Shown one piece after another: positions 55,742 through 64,000 of a stretch of DNA of 64,000 nucleotides. Where the stretch lies: the NCBI GenBank assembly GCA_964364175.1, contig CAYILR010000014.1, positions 4,335 through 68,334 on the forward strand. The letters are read 5' to 3'. The position numbers were made by a program, and so were the translations under genes. Origin of the DNA: an uncultured Bacteriovoracaceae bacterium (GTDB taxonomy: Bacteria > Bdellovibrionota > UBA1018). A model generated the notes under the pieces. It had not been told where the DNA came from. It searched no databases and saw only the letters and a program-made list of their open reading frames with translations. Positions within the stretch are counted from its first letter, which is position 1, and each line of letters starts with the position of its first letter.

Positions 55742-56344
55742 ATGGGTCACGAGCCAATCACTACTCACTTGAAGGAGATTCGTACTCTCCTCTCTCTCCT
55801 CCGTAACGAAGTCGCTCTTTTTCAAGAGAGATATGATCAAACGCTCGCGGCCATCTCGCGGTTGGAGCGCCGGTCAGATCGAGATGATTTGACCGGTCTC
55901 CTCCGTCGAAATGCGTTTTTTGAACGCTGGAAAGAGGTATTAAATGCGTGCGAAAAAATGGAAGAAAATTGTGGGCTACTGTTTGTGGACGTGGACCACT
56001 TTAAATCTATTAATGATACTCATGGCCACGCTGTGGGTGATGAAGTCTTGAAAGGTTTGGGAGTTTTGTTGAAGCAGTTTGAATCGCCCGATGTGTTCAG
56101 CGGTCGCTACGGAGGTGAAGAGTTCCTCGTTGCAGTGAAGGGTGATGAGCAGAAAATCCGTGCGACCGCCGAGTGGATCCGGAAGCGGGTGGAGAACTCG
56201 CTGACTGGAGTGAAGCATACAGTCAGTGTGGGGGTGGCCAATGCGCGAGATGAAAAATATGATGCTCAACGTTTGTTGAAAAAGGCAGATCAGGCCCTCT
56301 ACTGTGCAAAGAAGCGTGGGAGGAACCAAATCAAAGTTGCTTAG
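55742..56344 (+). CDS. Diguanylate cyclase (coiled coil + GGEEF)
   Basis: DDLTGL, DVDHFK.IND..GH..GD and RYGGEEF. RBS AAAGGAGG. No RxxD I-site. Confidence 0.93.
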   Translation: MGHEPITTHLKEIRTLLSLLRNEVALFQERYDQTLAAISRLERRSDRDDLTGLLRRNAFFERWKEVLNACEKMEENCGLLFVDVDHFKSINDTHGHAVGDEVLKGLGVLLKQFESPDVFSGRYGGEEFLVAVKGDEQKIRATAEWIRKRVENSLTGVKHTVSVGVANARDEKYDAQRLLKKADQALYCAKKRGRNQIKVA

Positions 56345-56347
56345 GCG

Positions 56348-56428
56348 GCTGGATTTCGCTAAACGCGAAATCCAAGGCATGCTCGGCGCGTTAATTTGGC
56401 TCAGATTTCGCATTTAGCGAAATCCAGC
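56348..56428. repeat. Inverted doublet of a palindromic 25-bp unit (REP/REPIN-like)
   Basis: GCTGGATTTCGCTAAACGCGAAATC at 56348-56372 and its reverse complement (24/25) at 56404-56428. Confidence 0.7.
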
Positions 56429-56429
56429 G

Positions 56430-57989
56430 TTAGGCAGCTTTTTTGTCTGCTGGAACGGCGGTATTCGCTGCTGGTTTGCGGTAGCCCTTGGCTTGGATTC
56501 CGTGTCGACGTAGGAGTCGCAGGAAGTTGCTGCGATCGATTTTTGCTTCTCTTGCGGCGTAGGTTACGTTGCCGTGATGTTTCTCGAGCAGTTTGCGGAG
56601 AAAGTCTGTCTCAAAAGATTGGGCGAGTTTTTTCTTCATCCGAGTGTAGTTCTCTGGGCTTCCAGTTCCTGTACCGCTGCTGTCTGGTCCCATGGAGGGG
56701 AGTCCCGAGCTTCCACCTCCCACGAGTTGCAAGCTCGGGACTCCCTTTACAGAGGGTGCCGTGGCTCTCAAAGGAATCGACAGCGTTCCAAGATCGATTG
56801 AGTAGTCCCCATCAAAAACCAGCGCCGCGCGTTCAATCAAGTTCAGCATTTCGCGGACGTTGCCGGGCCAGTTGTAATTCTGGATTCCGGTTTCGGCATC
56901 GGTCGAAAATCCTCGGAATCTTTTTCCTCGAGCTTTGAATGCGCGTTCGGCAAAGTGATTGGCCATCAAAATCATGTCTTGTTTGCGATCACGCAGAGGA
57001 GGCATGTCGATCACGACTTTGGCCAAGCGATGATAGAGGTCATCCCTGAATTCGCCGCGCGTGCATCGCATCTGGAGATCTGCATTGGTAGCAGCAATGA
57101 TTCGTACATCCGATTGGGTGTCTGCTGTGGCTCCGACACGACGAAATGTTTTTTCCTGAAGAACACGGAGTAATTTAGACTGCAGCTTGACATCCATTTC
57201 TCCAATTTCATCCAGGAACAATGTCCCGCCTTTTGCGATTTCAAAGAGCCCTCTTTTCATGGATGTAGCTCCAGAGAACGATCCTTTTTCGTGCCCGAAA
57301 AGTTCGGATTCCAAAAGCTGTTCACTGAAATTCGCACAGTTGACTGCAACCCAAGGGCCGCGGGCTCGTTTGGATCCGGCGTGCACCATTCGTGCGATGC
57401 CTTCTTTGCCTGTGCCGCTTTCTCCTAAAATTAAAACCGTGGGTTCTTCAGCTCCGCCGCGCATGGATTCGCGTCTGAGTACGGTCAGCCAATGATTGAC
57501 GCCGCCCATAGCGGCGTCCTTGGAGACAAACCAAACGCTGTCCTCGGATTGTCCTTCCGCACGACTGACTCGGACTTGGAGTCGATCCATCAAGTCGCGA
57601 TTCTCTCTTTCCAGCGCGCACTCACGAGCGCAGCGCTTGACGGAGTGGGAGAGTTCGTCGAGGTCAAAAGGTTTTTCAAGATAATCTGAGGCTCCGGCTT
57701 TGAGCGCTTTGACAGCAATTTCTTTTTCCCCATGGCCCGTGATGACAATCACGCGCAGGGTGCTGTATTTTTCTTTCACAGCAGCGGTGAGAGCGATTCC
57801 GTCCCGACCCGGCATTTTGATGTCAGTGATCATGACGGAGGTCGTGGGGAAGTTCGACAAAAGAGTTTCAGCTTCATCGGCGCTCGATGCGACTTCGACA
57901 TCGTAACCATCGCGTTCTAGGCGTCCTTTGAGCAATTTTCGGATGGTGTCTTCGTCGTCCACAACGATTACTTTGCTTTTGGTATTCAT
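56430..57989 (-). CDS. Sigma-54-dependent response regulator (NtrC/AtoC family)
   Basis: Receiver domain (VVDDE, TDIKMP), GESGTGKE, GSFSGA loop, FLDEIGE, WPGNVRE and Fis HTH. Confidence 0.95.
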   Translation of the reverse strand: MNTKSKVIVVDDEDTIRKLLKGRLERDGYDVEVASSADEAETLLSNFPTTSVMITDIKMPGRDGIALTAAVKEKYSTLRVIVITGHGEKEIAVKALKAGASDYLEKPFDLDELSHSVKRCARECALERENRDLMDRLQVRVSRAEGQSEDSVWFVSKDAAMGGVNHWLTVLRRESMRGGAEEPTVLILGESGTGKEGIARMVHAGSKRARGPWVAVNCANFSEQLLESELFGHEKGSFSGATSMKRGLFEIAKGGTLFLDEIGEMDVKLQSKLLRVLQEKTFRRVGATADTQSDVRIIAATNADLQMRCTRGEFRDDLYHRLAKVVIDMPPLRDRKQDMILMANHFAERAFKARGKRFRGFSTDAETGIQNYNWPGNVREMLNLIERAALVFDGDYSIDLGTLSIPLRATAPSVKGVPSLQLVGGGSSGLPSMGPDSSGTGTGSPENYTRMKKKLAQSFETDFLRKLLEKHHGNVTYAAREAKIDRSNFLRLLRRHGIQAKGYRKPAANTAVPADKKAA

Positions 57990-57992
57990 AGT

Positions 57993-59267
57993 CTAAGCGA
58001 CCTCCCTAAAGTCCTTTGGTATTCGAATTTTAAACGTCGTTCCTTTGCCTAGTTCACTCTCGATCACGACCGAGGCATGCAGCTTGGTCAAAATGCCGTA
58101 ACTCAAGCTCAGCCCCAGCCCCATGCCCTTGCCGACTTCTTTGGTGGTGAAAAATGGATTGAATATTTTTTGCCGGGTTTTCTCGTTCATTCCAGCTCCG
58201 TTATCGCTAAATAGAACTTCGATAAAATCTCCGTCCTTCTTGGCTTCGATCCGGATGATGCCCGAGCCGCGCCCTGTTTCTTCGATGGCGTCGCGGGCGT
58301 TGCTGATGAGGTTGATGAAGACTTGTTCGAGCTGGAGCGGATTGCCGTAGATAGCAGGAATGTCGTCTGCGAACTGGGTTTCGATTCGAATGCCGCGAGA
58401 TGACAGTTGCCGGGAAAACATTTTAATAGATTCATTGACGCGCTGGTTGAGGTGAGTGAGCTCGTATTGCTCCACGGACTTGCGGGTGAAAGTCCTGAGA
58501 TAATCAATGATGGTCGCCATCTTGTCCACGTTGCTGACGACTTCTTTGAGATAGGTTTCGATGTCAGATGCATTCGTGCAATCGGGGCGCAGGGCAGGGG
58601 CGATGAGGCTTTGCAGCTCTTGAGCATAGCCGCGAATTCCTTGCAATGGTTGGTTCAGCTCGTGAGCAATCCCTGCTGCAAGTTCTCCGAGAGCTGCCAT
58701 TTTGCCCGCTTGCACCAGAGTTTGCTGCATGGCCTGGAGCTCAGCGTTTTTGCGCTCCAGTTCCAGGTAAGCATCCTTGAGTTCGGTGTGCTTGGTGATC
58801 AGCTCGCGATCCATTTTTTTCTTTTCAGTCACATTGCGAAGGACGGCGAGGGCGAGTTTTGCAGAGGAATCACTGCCTTCGACCCAGCGTACGGTCAGTT
58901 CTGCCAAGCTCACATAGTCATCGTTTCGCTTGATCGCGATGTCTTCGTAGGTTCCCGGGGTTTTGAACATTTCAAAGGTCAGAGGCCGGCTGCGCTCGGG
59001 GACTCGAGAATTATTTGTGTTGGGAATGAGGACTTCGATTGAGGATCCAATCAATTCAGATTTTAGATAGCCCGTGAGTTCTTCAGCAGCCTGATTGGCA
59101 GAATCGATTTTTCCGTTCTCTGTGACCGCAAGAATGGCATCGGATGCTTGGTCAAAGAGGACCTGATATTTGTTTTTGAATGAAGCTACCTCTCGTATGG
59201 GTATGATTGCGGCCTGCGTAGTCACGGGAGCGGTAGCTGATTTTTTGTGCTTCATTTCTGATTTCAT
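57993..59267 (-). CDS. PAS-domain sensor histidine kinase (NtrB-like)
   Basis: PAS domain, AHELNQPL, NLISNA, DNGAG and FFTTK..G.G.GLGL. Confidence 0.95.
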   Translation of the reverse strand: MKSEMKHKKSATAPVTTQAAIIPIREVASFKNKYQVLFDQASDAILAVTENGKIDSANQAAEELTGYLKSELIGSSIEVLIPNTNNSRVPERSRPLTFEMFKTPGTYEDIAIKRNDDYVSLAELTVRWVEGSDSSAKLALAVLRNVTEKKKMDRELITKHTELKDAYLELERKNAELQAMQQTLVQAGKMAALGELAAGIAHELNQPLQGIRGYAQELQSLIAPALRPDCTNASDIETYLKEVVSNVDKMATIIDYLRTFTRKSVEQYELTHLNQRVNESIKMFSRQLSSRGIRIETQFADDIPAIYGNPLQLEQVFINLISNARDAIEETGRGSGIIRIEAKKDGDFIEVLFSDNGAGMNEKTRQKIFNPFFTTKEVGKGMGLGLSLSYGILTKLHASVVIESELGKGTTFKIRIPKDFREVA

Positions 59268-59270
59268 TTT

Positions 59271-60164
59271 TTACCTGTACGCACTCAAAAAAGCGGACGC
59301 CTTGTCCATGTCCTTTTCCATTTGTTTTTCTATTTCTTTTACGTCGTCTTCAGTCATTTTCATGGGAGCCAACATGTCTTCGGTGATCTGTCCGTCGGAG
59401 CAATCCCCTGAGTGACCAAATTTGTTTTTTACACAAATTGCGTTGGCCAATCGGACCGTATGAACGACGGGTTTGACAGAAGGCAAAATGCTGCTCATCT
59501 GGGTCACATCAAAGTGGTGGTAGCGAATCGCCATACGGATGGATTGCGGCAGTCCCCACTTGATCGCGATCAGTTCGCCCAAGTAAGAATGAGAGGGCAT
59601 TTCCCACTCTTTTTCGACGTCGACAAAGCTGCAGTTTTTGTTTTTTGTTTCTTCGTAGATCGCCAATAGCATCGTGCGATCGACTTCGTGCAAGCCGAGT
59701 TTCCCGATGTCATGCAAGAGGCCGCAGGTAAAGGCTTCTTCAGGCTTGGGGTATTTGATTCGCTTGGCCAGCATCTCGCTGCAGATCGCAGTTCCCAGGG
59801 CATGTCTCCAGAACTCATTCATCGAGAACCCATTGACTTGCTTGTCTTCGAAGACAGAAAAAACCGAAACGCCCAAGACAAGCTGAGCTAGTGTGTTGAA
59901 ACCCAAGAACGCCAGAGCGCGCTGCACATCAGTGACGCCGCCTGGGATGGAGTAGTAGGAGGAGTTCACCAGGCGCAGGACTTTTGCCGTAAGAACTTGG
60001 TCTTTTTTGAGAACTTCAGCAATCTGAGCCCCCGTAGAATTGGGGTTGTTGATCAGGTCGTTCACGCGAATAGCAACCACAGGAAGCGTAGGAATGTCCT
60101 TGAGCTTCGTGATTAAGTCAGTGTAATCCGCGTGAGTTTTCGTTTTCCTGACCGCAGTCGGCAT
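59271..60164 (-). CDS. HDOD domain protein
   Basis: IPTLP, D..LTAKVLRLVNS, FWRHA and GLLHDIGK. Confidence 0.92.
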   Translation of the reverse strand: MPTAVRKTKTHADYTDLITKLKDIPTLPVVAIRVNDLINNPNSTGAQIAEVLKKDQVLTAKVLRLVNSSYYSIPGGVTDVQRALAFLGFNTLAQLVLGVSVFSVFEDKQVNGFSMNEFWRHALGTAICSEMLAKRIKYPKPEEAFTCGLLHDIGKLGLHEVDRTMLLAIYEETKNKNCSFVDVEKEWEMPSHSYLGELIAIKWGLPQSIRMAIRYHHFDVTQMSSILPSVKPVVHTVRLANAICVKNKFGHSGDCSDGQITEDMLAPMKMTEDDVKEIEKQMEKDMDKASAFLSAYR

Positions 60165-60363
60165 CTTTTACCTATCCCCAGATGTCCTATCGGACACATA
60201 GCAGAGGACGTTGAGGCTTTTTTGATTTCGTTGAAAAAAACAGCTTATTGTAATTCATTAAATATTAACAGTATTCGTAACTGATTGATTTTATAAATAT
60301 TATTAGCGAACAAATAAATTGATTAATTTAGTACAATATAAGACAATCGAGAGTGAAGGATTT

Positions 60364-61708
60364 ATGAGGAACGTATACCTGAGATTTCACACGAGCTGGC
60401 TTGCTTGTAGTGCTTTAGCACTGAGTGCGACCCGCGATCGATGACAATGGACTCACCTCTGAAACCAGCAGCAGCGAGTTGGTGGATGATTCGGTGACAA
60501 CAACAAAAATTAAGGATGGAGCTGTGACTCCTGCTAAACTATCCCAGGCGTATCTCCCGCTCGCAGGTGGAACGATGAGTGGCGCACTCGTTCTTTCAGG
60601 CGCTCCTTCAGCGGCACTTCATGCCACGACCAAAACGTATGTGGATAGCTCTCTGGGTGGGTACTCCATCAGTGCACTCAGCTCCATCACGAACGGACAA
60701 GTTTTGGCTTGGAATAGCACAACCTCCCAATGGGAGCCCGCAACAGTGGCAGGGGGGGGAGCTTCAACCAGTATCATTGGCAAAACCATCGATACCACTG
60801 CTCCCACCACGACGGGGCAGACCTTGACCTACAATTCCGGCACGGGGAAATGGGAGGTCGGAAGCGTTTCGGGATCTTACATTTCAGGGGGAACATTCGG
60901 AGCCGTGAATGGTTCCGCTCTCACCAGTTTGAACGGCAGCAACGTTGCCAGCGGCACTGTTCCCGTTGCCTACGGAGGAACCGGGACTGCCACGGGCTCC
61001 ATCACAGGAACGGGCGCTCTGACTTTCACTGCCGGTGGTGCTAACTCCAACGTCAACTTAGCTCCCACAGGAACGGGCACGGTCGATGCGGCTTCCAAAA
61101 GAATCACCAATCTCGCCACTCCTACTGCTAGCACAGATGCATCCACCAAAGGTTATGTAGACGCTGCAAGCGCAACCGTTGCGCCAGACGCAGTTTTTAG
61201 CATCACTTCTATCGCTGGTTTGTATAATAATCTGATCGCAACAATTACCCCGTCTCTGGACTATACGGAAGTTTGTTTCAAAAGTGGCGTAACAAAATAT
61301 GACATCCACGCTGGCGGAGAGGCCACCACGGCTGCAGCTAGTGTGGGCGGATCGGGCGGCGTAGGCAGCAATGACTGTGTACCTGGAGATGTGGGGTTCA
61401 TTATTGAAAGGGACGAAAGGGTCACTCAGCAATGGCATTTAGCTAAAGAAATTTGTGTGCAAAACAATATGCGTCTCCCTGAACCCTTTGAGTGGAAGTT
61501 GGCATGCACCTACTCAGCGACTTGGAGCATGATTAATATGACCGGTGCCCAAGAGTGGGCGAGCAATCACCCTGATACTTTTTATGAAGCTGCTCACTAC
61601 ACCGGGGTTGTTTCTTTTGGAGCTACGGGATGTAATTATAGTGCACACGGTTATCTGGGGAGTACCAGCAGCGATATCAGTACTTCTCCATTTCGATGTG
61701 TGCGCTAG
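60364..61708 (+). pseudogene. Phage-tail-fibre-like adhesin with C-terminal lectin-like tip; frame break after the signal peptide
   Basis: ATG 60364 (RBS GAAGGA) gives a signal-like peptide that stops after 26 codons. The fibre repeats (YLPLAGGTMSG, AATKxYVD-like, GQVLAWN, PVAYGGTG) and the EWASN...FRCVR tip lie in the 60425 frame. Confidence 0.65.
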
Positions 61709-61729
61709 CAGACTAGCACCCCACAAACA

Positions 61730-61767
61730 ATAAAGGATCCGAAGGAGCAAGCCTTAGGATCCTTTAT
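61730..61767. terminator. Hairpin downstream of the fibre gene
   Basis: ATAAAGGATCC-GAAGG...CCTT-A-GGATCCTTTAT. Confidence 0.5.
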
Positions 61768-61892
61768 CGCCACGGGGCCCATAGGTGTGTGGGGGGGGGG
61801 AAATGGGGACCCGTGAAGCATGATTGTGGAGCGCTTATATCTGGATATTTTCGAAAGATCAATAGAAAAATGAAAGTTAAATGCTAAAAAAA

Positions 61893-62849
61893 TCAAATCT
61901 CCCGGGCGTGCCCTAGAAAACTCGCTTTTTCTGCAAATTCAAAGCACATTTTCACGTCCTCGGCGGTTAGGCCCATCCTTTTTTGGCTGATTTCGACCTC
62001 TCCCGGCAGTGTTACAGCGAAAATCCCCGGGTCGTCGGTGTTGATCGTCGCTCGAACCCCGAGCCGCAGCAGCTCCTTCAGAGGGTGTTTTTCCAGGGTA
62101 GGGACGCATTGGGTGATCCAGTTGCTGGTGGGGCAGACTTCGAGGGTGACCTGGCGTTTGAGCAGCTCCGTAATCAACTTTGGGTCCTGAAGGGCAGCAA
62201 TTCCATGTCCGATCCTTTCAGCCCCCAGATCGTCGATTGCTTCCCAAATATTTTCAGGCCCACAGGATTCTCCAGCGTGTACCGTAATCCGGGCCCCAGC
62301 TTTTTTGGCCTTCTGAAAAGAAGACCTAAAAAGACGACAAGGAAAGTCTTTTTCGTTACCCGCCAAATCTAAACCCACAAACGAGTTCCGATTTTGCGAA
62401 AAAAAATCGACCGTTTTTTCAACCGAATCGATTCCAAAATCTCGGCTTCCAATGCAAATCAAACCCACCTGGATTTGGGGATATTGAATGAGAGCGCGGG
62501 CAATTCCTTTTTCGAAGTGAAGTAGGATCTCCTCCCAAGAAAGAGAGCTTTTTTCACAAGCCCATGCAGGAGAAAATCGAAGCTCCACTTTACGAATTCC
62601 CTCATTCCAACAATCTTCGACGGCTTCGAAAGCCAGGCGTTCCAGAAAATCCCGACGCACCAGGACTCTTTGGAAAAACTCAAAACGAGTGAGAACGTCC
62701 TCGAGAGATTGCCCCGGAGTGGTGATCAGAATTCGATTTCGAAAACTTTCAAGAGAAGTGCTTTGCCCCTCGATCCCGAGAATCTGAGCGAGCTCCAGCA
62801 AAGTCGAGATTCGTGCAGAAACATCCAGGTGACGGTGAAGCTCAATCAT
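61893..62849 (-). CDS. add: Adenosine deaminase
   Basis: ELHRHLD, DLAG.E, HAGE, RIGHG, CPTSN and NTDDP. Confidence 0.92.
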   Translation of the reverse strand: MIELHRHLDVSARISTLLELAQILGIEGQSTSLESFRNRILITTPGQSLEDVLTRFEFFQRVLVRRDFLERLAFEAVEDCWNEGIRKVELRFSPAWACEKSSLSWEEILLHFEKGIARALIQYPQIQVGLICIGSRDFGIDSVEKTVDFFSQNRNSFVGLDLAGNEKDFPCRLFRSSFQKAKKAGARITVHAGESCGPENIWEAIDDLGAERIGHGIAALQDPKLITELLKRQVTLEVCPTSNWITQCVPTLEKHPLKELLRLGVRATINTDDPGIFAVTLPGEVEISQKRMGLTAEDVKMCFEFAEKASFLGHAREI

Positions 62850-62853
62850 AGCG

Positions 62854-63633
62854 TCAAGCGCCCATGATGTGAGCGCCGCTGTCCACGTATAGGGTGGATC
62901 CAGTGATGTGTTTGCCGCCGGGTCCGCACAGAAACGCAGCGAGGTCGCCCACGTCTTCCGCCGAGATATTTTCCTTGAGCGGATTTTTCTGCTCCGCCAT
63001 CGCCAGCATGTCTCGAAATCCCTTGATTCCCGCAGCAGCCAAAGTTTTCACAGGCCCAGCTGAAATCGCATTCACGCGGATTTTTTTCGGCCCCAAATCG
63101 TGTGCCAAGTAACGAACGGATGCCTCGAGAGCAGCCTTGGCGACACCCATGACATTGTAGTTAGGAATCACTTTCACAGCGCCGTAGTAAGAAAGGGTGA
63201 GAACCGTGCCACCACCTCGTCCTTCCATTAGAGGTTCCGCCAACCGAGTCATAGGAAGCAGAGAATACGCGCTGATATCCAGCGCAACCCGGAATCCTTC
63301 GCGCGAGGTTTCGACAAAACGTTTGTCCAGGTCTTCTCGATTAGCAAAAGCAACGGCGTGAATCAAAATATCCAGAACGCCCCATTTTTCCTTCACAGCA
63401 GCGAATGTGCTTTCGATATCGCTGTCGCGAGCCACATCGCAGGGGAGAATCAGAGGCGCCCCCAGACTCTCAGCCAGCGGTCGCATGCGTTTTTCGATCG
63501 CCTCGTTTGGGTAGGTGAAGGCTAACTCTGCGCCGCCTTCTGACAGGCGTTGCGCGATCGCCCAAGCCAGGGATCTTTCGTTGGCAAGTCCAAAAATCAG
63601 CGCCTTTTTACCTTCAAAAATTTTTGTGCTCAT
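62854..63633 (-). CDS. fabI: Enoyl-ACP reductase FabI
   Basis: GLANERSLAW, ISAYS, YNVMGVAKAALE and NAISAGPVKTLAA. Confidence 0.96.
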   Translation of the reverse strand: MSTKIFEGKKALIFGLANERSLAWAIAQRLSEGGAELAFTYPNEAIEKRMRPLAESLGAPLILPCDVARDSDIESTFAAVKEKWGVLDILIHAVAFANREDLDKRFVETSREGFRVALDISAYSLLPMTRLAEPLMEGRGGGTVLTLSYYGAVKVIPNYNVMGVAKAALEASVRYLAHDLGPKKIRVNAISAGPVKTLAAAGIKGFRDMLAMAEQKNPLKENISAEDVGDLAAFLCGPGGKHITGSTLYVDSGAHIMGA

Positions 63634-63662
63634 CCCCCAAGAGCTATCAAATTCTGGCGGAC

Positions 63663-64000
63663 TTACAAGCTCAAGCTGGCCAGGTTGATCCCGAAAAAGA
63701 TCTCCGGCTTGCCGCCAGAAGCTTTTTGGAAGCCCTGGTGGACTTCCACTGCAAATATAATGGGCACGTGTAGAAAAAATTCTGTATTCACGCGAACACC
63801 CGCCCCAGCGGAGGGGAGAAAGTAGTTTTTGGGTTCCTTGTTCGGGAAGTAGCCGCCCTCTACGAATCCAACTCCGTAGATGTTTTCAAAAAAGAAAGGA
63901 TTGGTTCCCCATCCTCGGAATATCCTCTCAATCGGAAACCGTAAGTCCAGTGATGCGATAGCAGCGCTTTTCGCCCTGAAAACTTTGCCCGAGTACCCAC
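63663..64000 (-). CDS. Omp85/BamA-like outer-membrane beta-barrel, C-terminal part (partial)
   Basis: The minus frame reads GYSGKVF...LDLRFPIERIFRGWG...SAGAGVRV...IFFGINLASLSL*, with amphipathic beta-strands. Not in the ORF track because the start is outside the window. Confidence 0.6.
   Translation of the reverse strand, partial: GYSGKVFRAKSAAIASLDLRFPIERIFRGWGTNPFFFENIYGVGFVEGGYFPNKEPKNYFLPSAGAGVRVNTEFFLHVPIIFAVEVHQGFQKASGGKPEIFFGINLASLSL

Noticed and set aside
61590-61767. Complete diversity-generating retroelement
   Set aside because: There is no reverse transcriptase or template repeat in the window. Only a remote-target possibility remains.
61791-61800. G10 homopolymer as a phase-variation tract
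   Set aside because: It lies between two convergent gene ends, outside coding and promoter sequence.

Overview
Bacterial chromosomal DNA, most likely from a Bdellovibrionota-type predator. That assignment is inferred from the TIGR02147-like HTH gene, many secreted hydrolases and lipoproteins, sigma-54 signalling and a fibre adhesin. The window has three parts. (1) 1 to ~20.3 kb is the right part of an integrative conjugative element: a kinase/NtrC-type regulator module, two large paralogous lipoproteins with mirror-symmetric 14-cysteine ladders, a minimal VirB2/3/4/6/8/9/10-like T4SS, a large nested inverted repeat (candidate oriT), a MOBC/Replic_Relax relaxase, coupling protein, excisionase, tyrosine integrase and an AbiE toxin-antitoxin pair. 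(2) 20.4-30.7 kb is a divergent two-operon phosphonate/lipid cluster: PEP mutase, fused phosphonopyruvate decarboxylase-reductase, desaturase, CarS-like cytidylyltransferase, UbiA-like protein, PigC/RPH-type dikinase, methyltransferase and two PlsC acyltransferases. It is bracketed by a 15-bp direct repeat and ends in an 84-bp relic of a second, related integrase. (3) 30.8-64 kb holds accessory and core genes, including hpf behind a 17%-Trp RAM-like ORF, PLD, S41 peptidase, a GH123-like lipoprotein, mnmD-like, exbBD, a KamA-family enzyme, a diguanylate cyclase with a sigma-54 promoter, HDOD-kinase-regulator, a disrupted fibre adhesin, add and fabI. I recognised no rRNA, tRNA or CRISPR array. 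All family calls come from motif recognition by eye, without database searches.
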